A stretch of 39,462 nucleotides of DNA from an uncultured virus (IMG/VR IMGVR_UViG_3300025751_003710). Lineage: Duplodnaviria; Heunggongvirae; Uroviricota; Caudoviricetes. The notes beneath the pieces are model-generated. The model searched no databases. It was not told where the DNA came from and saw only the letters and a program-made list of their open reading frames with translations. Position numbers and translations under genes: made by a program. Every line of letters starts with the position of its first letter. Position 1 is the first letter of the stretch. This document shows positions 26,532 through 33,216 of this stretch, one piece after another. The stretch is from the IMG/VR virus record IMGVR_UViG_3300025751_003710, one strand, 5' to 3'.

Positions 26532-26740
26532 AAACACTAACGGCAATGAGAGTCGTAGGCAGTATTACAGTTATTGCTGCCTATTTTGTTGTTTTACATG
26601 TTAATTTGACTGCTGGTGTCTTAATGAATGTTATTGCTGACACCATTTCAATTCCATATTTTGTAAAAACAAAATCATGGGACATCGTAGTTATGCTAGG
26701 ATTTCTCTTAGCAATCAGCTTTAGCAAACTTTTATCATGA
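26528..26740 (+). CDS. Small membrane protein
   Basis: 70 aa with about three hydrophobic segments; ATGA overlaps at both ends. Confidence 0.7.
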   Translation: MKTLTAMRVVGSITVIAAYFVVLHVNLTAGVLMNVIADTISIPYFVKTKSWDIVVMLGFLLAISFSKLLS

Positions 26741-27252
26741 ACATCTTTGTATCAGACCCTGACCCTGTTGTTTCGGCAAAGGTCCTACCTGACAAGCATA
26801 TCGTCAAGATGCCCCTAGAGTGCTGTCAGATGCTCTCTATTGTGGCATCGGAGAAATGGGGGCATGGATATGGCACTCTTCCCAAGGCAGACGGCACACC
26901 CTATGCTACGGAGAAGGGTGCTTTTCGTAATCACCCATGTACTGTGTGGGCAAACGAAACGCTTGCGAATTCACGGTGGTTGATTCGGCATGGATTAGCA
27001 CTTTGTGAAGAGTATTCTGATCGATATGCAAAGATTCATTCATGTCTTCATACTCTTGCATATGCAAATCAACTATTTCCGATTGATGGTGCACATAGAA
27101 GTAAGTTGACTCCATTTGTTTTTGCTGGTCCTGATGAATTCAAGTATGATACTGTTGACATCTACAGCAAGTATAAGATGTATATTGCATCTAAACCTTG
27201 GGTAAAAGATAACTATCGTCGTATTCCAGAGAGAAAACCAGAATGGATTTAA
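26737..27252 (+). CDS. Pyrimidine-dimer DNA glycosylase / DenV-like family protein
   Basis: MNIF...DKHIVKMPLE..QML and NHPCTVW pattern. Confidence 0.7.
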   Translation: MNIFVSDPDPVVSAKVLPDKHIVKMPLECCQMLSIVASEKWGHGYGTLPKADGTPYATEKGAFRNHPCTVWANETLANSRWLIRHGLALCEEYSDRYAKIHSCLHTLAYANQLFPIDGAHRSKLTPFVFAGPDEFKYDTVDIYSKYKMYIASKPWVKDNYRRIPERKPEWI

Positions 27253-27254
27253 AC

Positions 27255-27839
27255 ATGATTGAAATATTTCCAACATTAATATATCAATTTCCAAACTTCA
27301 TTGACGAAATTGAAAGAAAATGTATATTTGATGGAATATTTGACAATGAAGAAATGCATGACGACAATCATCCAATGCTCATTGGTAAATCTTTTTGTTC
27401 TTTCAGAAATTGTGAAAAATTAAATTTTCTTTCTAATGATATTATTTCTAGAATAGAAAAACATTCCAATCACTATGCTGATAAAATTGGTATTCCAAAA
27501 GTCAAGCTATCTTCATATTGGTCTGTCATAGAAACACCAGGATGCTTAATGAAAGAACATAATCATCCCAATTCTTCTATCTCTGGAGTTATATACGTCA
27601 ACGTTGATCAAAATTCTCATCCATTAGTTTTTAAAAATCCAAATCCATTTATTGGAAGTGGATATTATACACATCAAAATAAGTATAACACTTCAACGCA
27701 TGAAGTTCATCCTCAAAATGGAGATTTGATATTATTTCCTGGTTGGTTAGAGCATGGTTCTGATTACATTATGAATGAAACTGATACTAGAGTTTCTATT
27801 AGTTTCAATTTAATACGTGATTATAGTGATGAATCATGA
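27255..27839 (+). CDS. 2OG-Fe(II) oxygenase (HxH type)
   Basis: EHNHPNS.ISGVIY, LILFPGWLEH and RVSISFN motifs. Alternative start at 27243. Confidence 0.88.
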   Translation: MIEIFPTLIYQFPNFIDEIERKCIFDGIFDNEEMHDDNHPMLIGKSFCSFRNCEKLNFLSNDIISRIEKHSNHYADKIGIPKVKLSSYWSVIETPGCLMKEHNHPNSSISGVIYVNVDQNSHPLVFKNPNPFIGSGYYTHQNKYNTSTHEVHPQNGDLILFPGWLEHGSDYIMNETDTRVSISFNLIRDYSDES

Positions 27840-28396
27840 GTGAAATATTTTCAATACCAATTGGTATACTGGAGAATTTTATAACTCCAAAAGAAAATAA
27901 AATATTGACACAAAGAATCAAAAAACTTAAATATCATTCCCATCATCTTTTAAATGGTGATGGATTTGGAACATATCATTACGTAGAAAATAATAATTTT
28001 TTAGATAAAAATATTATAAAACGAATAGAAAAAGTATCTAATTTGTATGGAAAATCTATTCATTTAAAAAAATTAAAAATGGATAGATATTGGTCTATTA
28101 TTCAAAATAAAAAAACCAATCTCCTATCACATTTACATTGTGATAGTATTGTTTCTGGTTGCCTTTATCTTAATGTTAATCAAAACAGTAACAAGTTAGT
28201 ATTTGAAAATCCAAATCAAAATACTTTTTATTTTTCTAAGATAAAATATACAAAATATCAGGAAATTCATGTTGTTTATCCAAAAATAAATCAGTTAGTG
28301 TTGTTTCCATCCTGGTTAAAGCATGGATCTGGTGGACAAGATAATCAGCATAATGATAGAATATCTGTGAGTTTTAACTTAATTCATGATATTTGA
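27836..28396 (+). CDS. 2OG-Fe(II) oxygenase (HxH type), tandem paralog
   Basis: SHLHCDS.VSGCLY, LVLFPSWLKH and RISVSFN motifs. Confidence 0.88.
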   Translation: MSEIFSIPIGILENFITPKENKILTQRIKKLKYHSHHLLNGDGFGTYHYVENNNFLDKNIIKRIEKVSNLYGKSIHLKKLKMDRYWSIIQNKKTNLLSHLHCDSIVSGCLYLNVNQNSNKLVFENPNQNTFYFSKIKYTKYQEIHVVYPKINQLVLFPSWLKHGSGGQDNQHNDRISVSFNLIHDI

Positions 28397-28455
28397 TCAA
28401 TACATGTTATACTTTAATTTTGCTATTGATTGAAAACTAAAACTTTTTATTTATT

Positions 28456-29397
28456 ATGAGCGATTTTATTTGGGTTGAAAAGTATCGACCAAAAACAATT
28501 GAAGAGTGTATTCTCCCTGAGGCAACTAAGAAGACATTTCAAAGTTTCCTAGATAAAGGTGAGATCCCAAATATGCTACTTGCGGGACCTCCTGGTATTG
28601 GTAAAACTACAGTAGCAAAGGCACTTTGTAACGAACTGGGGGTAGATGTTTATGTCATCAATGGATCCGATGAAGGGCGGTTCTTGGATACTGTCCGAAA
28701 CAATGCGAAAAACTTCGCTTCGACCGTCTCACTTTCTTCAGATGCAAAACACAAAGTCATCATCATTGATGAGGCAGATAACACGTCCAATGATGTACAA
28801 CTCCTCCTACGGGCGTTTATTGAGGAGTTTGCTGGTAACTGCCGATTCATCTTCACCTGTAATTACAAAAATAAAATCCTTGAACCTCTCCACTCCCGAT
28901 GTGCAGTGGTTGAATTCGGAATTAAGGGAAAAGAAAGACAGGGAATTGCAGCACAATTCTTCAAGCGTATCCAAGAAATCTTGGGTGCAGAAGGTATTGA
29001 ATACGATAACAAGGTCCTGGTAGAACTCATCAATAAGCACTTTCCTGATTGGAGGAGAGTGCTGAATGAATGCCAACGCTACTCCGTAAGTGGTAAAATT
29101 GATTCTGGCATTCTTGCTACGTTTTCTGATGTTGCTGTAAATGAACTTGTCAAAAATCTCAAGACTAAAAACTTTGCTGAGGTACGAAAGTGGATCGTTA
29201 GTAATTTGGATAATGATACTACTGTACTTCTCCGTCGCATTTATGACTCTCTTTACGAAGCCTTGGTTCCTGGCAGCATTCCTGCTGCTGTCCTTGTTCT
29301 CGCTAAGTATCAGTATCAGGCAGCATTCGTAGCAGATCAAGAAATCAATATGCTTGCATGTCTAACTGAAATTATGGTGGAGTGTGAATTCAAATGA
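28456..29397 (+). CDS. gp44: Clamp loader ATPase subunit gp44
   Basis: WVEKYRP, GPPGIGKT, IIDEAD and SRC motifs. Confidence 0.98.
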   Translation: MSDFIWVEKYRPKTIEECILPEATKKTFQSFLDKGEIPNMLLAGPPGIGKTTVAKALCNELGVDVYVINGSDEGRFLDTVRNNAKNFASTVSLSSDAKHKVIIIDEADNTSNDVQLLLRAFIEEFAGNCRFIFTCNYKNKILEPLHSRCAVVEFGIKGKERQGIAAQFFKRIQEILGAEGIEYDNKVLVELINKHFPDWRRVLNECQRYSVSGKIDSGILATFSDVAVNELVKNLKTKNFAEVRKWIVSNLDNDTTVLLRRIYDSLYEALVPGSIPAAVLVLAKYQYQAAFVADQEINMLACLTEIMVECEFK

Positions 29398-29618
29398 TTG
29401 ATTCTGATTGGCGTTATAGTGATGAACGAATGAATCTCAGACAAGATGTTTTTCTAAAGTTAAAACATCATTTAAACCTAAGTGAAATTCAGTTTTTGTA
29501 TGAATTTTGTCATACTTGGGTTAGTCAAGGTAATACTTCAACTGATAATCTTGAAGAAGAATTTTCAAATTTTTTACTCTTAAATGAAAAACGTATAAAA
29601 CATGGAGAAACTAAATGA
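29394..29618 (+). CDS. Hypothetical protein
   Basis: 74-aa ORF with ATGA overlaps on both sides. Confidence 0.7.
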   Translation: MIDSDWRYSDERMNLRQDVFLKLKHHLNLSEIQFLYEFCHTWVSQGNTSTDNLEEEFSNFLLLNEKRIKHGETK

Positions 29619-29911
29619 TTGATGCAAAACTTTTGAGAATCATTACGGGTGAAGAAATTATCGCTGAACTTATTAGTGAAGATGATAATTTTGTTACAGT
29701 AGTAAATGCTCTGGTCATTATCCCAACACAGAATGGTAGTATTGGATTTACACCTTGGGCACCAGTTATTGATAAAGATGATCCAGAAATTAAAATTTCA
29801 AGAAATCATATTGTTTATCTGGTAAATTTAGAAGAACCTGTTAAGAAAAAGTATAATGAAATATATGGTAGTAAGTTGATTACTCCAGATGAAAAGAAAC
29901 TCATTTTGTGA
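29615..29911 (+). CDS. Hypothetical protein, possible Sm-like (paralog 2 of 4)
   Basis: RIITGEEIIA...TPW...HIVYL pattern; SD GGAG upstream. Confidence 0.75.
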   Translation: MIDAKLLRIITGEEIIAELISEDDNFVTVVNALVIIPTQNGSIGFTPWAPVIDKDDPEIKISRNHIVYLVNLEEPVKKKYNEIYGSKLITPDEKKLIL

Positions 29912-29913
29912 TT

Positions 29914-30117
29914 ATGAAAAAAGAAAAATTGAGAGCACAAGTAAAGTCTAGGTTCTATTATATTTTCTGGGGTATTGCTACTGTTGCCGTTGTTACAGGG
30001 CAATGGTACGTTGGAACTGGTTATCATATTCTTCATGGTGACATGCGAGAACTTTTGGATAAAGTTGATGGAGTTCTCCTTCATAAAGATGATACTCCCT
30101 ATGGAGATTTACTATGA
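29914..30117 (+). CDS. Small single-pass membrane protein
   Basis: Hydrophobic FYYIFWGIATVAVVTGQWYV segment. Confidence 0.7.
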   Translation: MKKEKLRAQVKSRFYYIFWGIATVAVVTGQWYVGTGYHILHGDMRELLDKVDGVLLHKDDTPYGDLL

Positions 30118-30350
30118 GTTTTTTTAAAAATGATTATAAAACTTTGGTAGAACCAAGAGTAAAGACTACATCACAGAATGTTGCAGAAGCAAATGATGCA
30201 TTGTTTCGTGCTAAAATGACTTTACCCGCTGCCGCAAAACATTGTGGTATGACCCATAAGGAAATGAAACTAACCTTCTGGGAGTATTTGAAGTATAACA
30301 AACCTGATTATGAAATCCCTGAAAACACCATTGAGATACCCTGGCGGTAA
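30114..30350 (+). CDS. Hypothetical protein (possible HTH-like)
   Basis: MTLPAAAKHCGMTHKEM pattern; SD GGAG upstream. Confidence 0.65.
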   Translation: MSFFKNDYKTLVEPRVKTTSQNVAEANDALFRAKMTLPAAAKHCGMTHKEMKLTFWEYLKYNKPDYEIPENTIEIPWR

Positions 30351-31188
30351 GTCTCGCGCTTGTACAAAAATGGATCAATACTTTCCAGATCTGAGAGAGT
30401 ATGATGAATTTAGAGAACCATTTCTTGGTGGTGGTAGTGTGGCAATTCACATTACTAAGAAGTATCCACATCTTAATGTGTGGGTTAATGACTTGTATGA
30501 ACCTTTGGTAAACTTCTGGCAACAATTGCAGATGTTTGGACCAGAAATGAGAAATAAACTTGTAGAGTTAAAATCTCGTTATCCTGATCGTGGTTCTGCT
30601 AAAGGATTATTTCTTGAATCTAAAGATTATTTGAATAGTGGTGAAACTGATTATTTTTGGAGAGCCATTAGTTTTTATATTATAAACAAGTGTAGTTTTT
30701 CTGGATTAACTGAAAGTTCTTCTTTTTCTCCACAAGCTTCTGATTCCAATTTTTCTATGAGAGGAATTGATAAGTTGCCTGGTTATTCTAATATAATTAG
30801 AAATTGGAGGATAAGCAATTATTCATATGATTATCTTCTTAATGAACAAGATAGTACTTTTGTGTATCTTGATCCTCCTTATGACATTAAAGATAATCTT
30901 TATGGTAAGAAAGGATCAATGCATAAAGAATTTGATCATGACAAGTTTGCTAACGATTGTTCTACCTGTTCTATGCCTCAGTTAGTGAGTTATAATTCGG
31001 ATCAACTTGTTAGAGATAGATTTACTGATTCTAAATGGAATGCTGCTGAATTTGATCTCACTTATACTATGAGATCTGTTGGAGAATATATGCGAGAACA
31101 ACAAAAACGCAAAGAACTATTACTTTTTAATTATGGAATTGAAGGATTGGTTGAACAGTATCAATCAGACAAAGAAACATCTAATTGA
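30310..31188 (+). CDS. dam: DNA adenine methyltransferase (Dam/D12 class)
   Basis: LRYPGGKS, EPFLGGGSV and YLDPPY motifs. Confidence 0.93.
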   Translation: MKSLKTPLRYPGGKSRACTKMDQYFPDLREYDEFREPFLGGGSVAIHITKKYPHLNVWVNDLYEPLVNFWQQLQMFGPEMRNKLVELKSRYPDRGSAKGLFLESKDYLNSGETDYFWRAISFYIINKCSFSGLTESSSFSPQASDSNFSMRGIDKLPGYSNIIRNWRISNYSYDYLLNEQDSTFVYLDPPYDIKDNLYGKKGSMHKEFDHDKFANDCSTCSMPQLVSYNSDQLVRDRFTDSKWNAAEFDLTYTMRSVGEYMREQQKRKELLLFNYGIEGLVEQYQSDKETSN

Positions 31189-31513
31189 AGAAGATCCCTC
31201 TACCGAGAAGGAATATCCTCCTTATATTATTAATCGTTGTTTTTCTGGTCACATTGATACTATCATCTTCGCAAATGAAATGAATAAGTATCACTTTCTT
31301 CCTAAGAAACTTCAATATGATTTTCTTATAAATATCGTTAGGAAAAAGAAGAGATTTTCTCCCTGGATCCGACAAGATAAGATCAAAGATCTTGATTATG
31401 TCAAACGTTATTATGGATATAGTAATGAAAAGGCAAAGCAGGCTTTGAAAATTCTTACCCAAGAACAACTTAATTTTATTAAATCAAAATTTGATACTGG
31501 AGGAAAAAGATGA
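31133..31513 (+). CDS. gp62: Clamp loader small subunit gp62
   Basis: MELKDWLNSIN, YPPYIINR, ANEMN and YYGYSNEKA motifs; located before regA. Confidence 0.93.
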   Translation: MELKDWLNSINQTKKHLIEEDPSTEKEYPPYIINRCFSGHIDTIIFANEMNKYHFLPKKLQYDFLINIVRKKKRFSPWIRQDKIKDLDYVKRYYGYSNEKAKQALKILTQEQLNFIKSKFDTGGKR

Positions 31514-31950
31514 GTGTGGTTCAAGAAACTGAGGTAAAATGGTCGCCTGATCAAATGGTAGAAGTGATTCTGAATGAACCAGATGATTTTCTAAAAGTTC
31601 GTGAAACATTAACAAGAATTGGTGTTGCATCAAGAAAGGAGAAAAAAATCTATCAAAGTTGTCATATTCTGCACAAGCAAGGTAGATATTTTTTAGTCCA
31701 TTTTAAAGAATTGTTTGCTTTAGATGGTAAATATGCAAATCTGACCCAGAATGATGTCCAACGTCGTAACCGTATTGCTCAACTGCTTGCTGATTGGGGG
31801 CTCATTGGTATTGTAGATGTGTCTAAAATTCAAGATATTGCTCCTCTGAATCAGATTAAAGTTCTTGCATATAAAGATAAATCCGATTGGATATTAGAGA
31901 CAAAATATAATATTGGATCTAAGAAAAAAAAGGTTGAAGAAACCGAATAA
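31510..31950 (+). CDS. regA: Translational repressor RegA
   Basis: DDFLKVRETLTRIG and QSCHILHKQGRY..VHFKELF motifs. Confidence 0.98.
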   Translation: MSVVQETEVKWSPDQMVEVILNEPDDFLKVRETLTRIGVASRKEKKIYQSCHILHKQGRYFLVHFKELFALDGKYANLTQNDVQRRNRIAQLLADWGLIGIVDVSKIQDIAPLNQIKVLAYKDKSDWILETKYNIGSKKKKVEETE

Positions 31951-31956
31951 AAAATT

Positions 31957-31980
31957 ACGGGGTTCTACACCCCGTTTTTT
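31957..31980 (+). terminator. Terminator after regA
   Basis: ACGGGGT-tctac-ACCCCGT followed by a T run. Confidence 0.85.
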
Positions 31981-32004
31981 ATGACTTGTGTTAATATATA
32001 CTTA

Positions 32005-32058
32005 TGGATGCCGTAAGGGTCCACAAAATACAAACTCGCTTTTTAAGGAGCTACAATA
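32005..32058 (+). promoter_or_regulatory. Structured hsp20 5' UTR, ROSE-like RNA thermometer candidate
   Basis: GNRA-capped hairpin at 32005-32023; then CUC(G)CUU pairing with the SD AAGGAG at 32035-32050. Confidence 0.55.
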
Positions 32059-32493
32059 ATGACTAACCTCACAAGGTATACTGCTGCAGATCTTCCTGCG
32101 CTCATGGATCGTATAAATAAGAATAGCATCGGTATGGATGAATACTTTGATCGTCTGTTTAATCTGCATGAAACGACGAAAAACTATCCACCATACAATT
32201 TAGTTCAAGTTAGTAACGTAGAATCTAGACTTGAACTAGCACTAGCAGGATTCAAAAAGAAAGAAGTCAATGTCTACACACAAGATGGTAAACTCTTTGT
32301 CGAAGGACAAAAAGAGGACAAAGAAACTGGAACAGATTACATCCATAGAGGAGTGGCTCAAAGATCTTTCACTAGAGCATGGACCCTCAGTGACGAGACG
32401 GAAGTTAGATCAGTTAGCTTTGAGGATGGGCTTCTGAGTGTAACTCTCGGTAGAATTGTACCTGATCATCATAAAAGAAAGGATTGGTTCTGA
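32059..32493 (+). CDS. hsp20: Small heat shock protein Hsp20 (IbpA-like)
   Basis: NYPPYNL, LELALAGF, YIHRGVAQRSFTR and FEDGLL motifs. Confidence 0.96.
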   Translation: MTNLTRYTAADLPALMDRINKNSIGMDEYFDRLFNLHETTKNYPPYNLVQVSNVESRLELALAGFKKKEVNVYTQDGKLFVEGQKEDKETGTDYIHRGVAQRSFTRAWTLSDETEVRSVSFEDGLLSVTLGRIVPDHHKRKDWF

Positions 32494-32525
32494 TATCCTC
32501 ACTAAATTCTGCTATCTGGGTCTTT

Positions 32526-32533
32526 GATAAATA
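32526..32533 (+). promoter_or_regulatory. Late promoter (GATAAATA)
   Basis: NATAAATA in the intergenic region after hsp20. Confidence 0.55.
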
Positions 32534-32537
32534 AAAT

Positions 32538-32599
32538 TGAATATCGTCGTCGCAGACGGAGGGGTAACTGGCACAATCCAGTTGACACCCCTCCTTTTT
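32538..32599 (+). ncRNA. Candidate ~60-nt structured small RNA / long terminator hairpin
   Basis: GC-rich island between a late promoter and a U tract: CGTC-gca-GACG, then GGAGGGGT-AACTGG-cacaat-CCAGTT-gac-ACCCCTCC-TTTTT. Confidence 0.45.
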
Positions 32600-32610
32600 A
32601 TTGCTAAGAT
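32582..32610 (+). promoter_or_regulatory. Sigma70-type promoter for the gp43 operon
   Basis: TTGACA-17 nt-TAAGAT with TG extension. Confidence 0.75.
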
Positions 32611-32642
32611 GCATATATACTACTAGTCTTTATTGATAAAAA

Positions 32643-32948
32643 ATGTCCGTTAAGTTGATTTTGCTCAAATCTGGTGAAACTGTTATCAGTGATATTAAAG
32701 AAGTTCAAAAAGAAGATGAACTATTTGGATATCTTTTCACAAATCCACAACGAGTTACTTACGAATCTCCTGTTCTTAATGAAGCAGAAAAAGAAAGTGT
32801 TGTGAATGTTTCTCTTTCACGATGGATGATTCTTTCAAAAGATACTCAAATGATCATTCCTTTTGATTGGGTCGTAACAATTGTAGATCCCGTAGAATCA
32901 TTGGTGAAAATGTATGAACCTCTGAATCAAACCGAAGGTGAGGAATGA
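32643..32948 (+). CDS. Hypothetical protein, possible Sm-like (paralog 3 of 4)
   Basis: LLKSGETVIS...NP...SRW...WVVTIVDP pattern. Confidence 0.75.
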   Translation: MSVKLILLKSGETVISDIKEVQKEDELFGYLFTNPQRVTYESPVLNEAEKESVVNVSLSRWMILSKDTQMIIPFDWVVTIVDPVESLVKMYEPLNQTEGEE

Positions 32949-32949
32949 A

Positions 32950-33216
32950 ATGGAAGCAACAATTAAGTGTTTGATTCTTAGAGAAAATTGTGCTATTGTA
33001 TCTCAGGTTGAAGAAGTTGATGTTGAACTTGGTGAACCTAATTGTAAACTGATAAAACCATGTGAAGTCCATAAAAATGGAGATAGTATTTACTTAACAC
33101 CATGGTTATCAGAATATACATCTCAAGACACTATGTTGATTAGTTCTGATAGTGTTTTAACAATTATTGATCCCAACAAAGACATTTTAACAAAATATAT
33201 TGATATTATTTCCTAA
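32950..33216 (+). CDS. Hypothetical protein, possible Sm-like (paralog 4 of 4)
   Basis: LIKP...LTPW...SVLTIIDP pattern; ATG at 32950 with SD GAGGA. Confidence 0.75.
   Translation: MEATIKCLILRENCAIVSQVEEVDVELGEPNCKLIKPCEVHKNGDSIYLTPWLSEYTSQDTMLISSDSVLTIIDPNKDILTKYIDIIS

Noticed and set aside
28807..29340. 177-aa minus-strand ORF opposite gp44
   Set aside because: Antisense shadow of a core gene.
31079..31132. Extended gp62 N-terminus from the ORF track
   Set aside because: Family similarity begins at the ATG at 31133; the upstream part lies within dam. The same reasoning was used to trim starts at 899, 3671, 24167, 25300, 32938 and 37187.
32538..32599. tRNA or known riboswitch (e.g. glnA/glutamine)
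   Set aside because: No cloverleaf or T-loop, and I could not match a known aptamer by eye; an Rfam search is needed.
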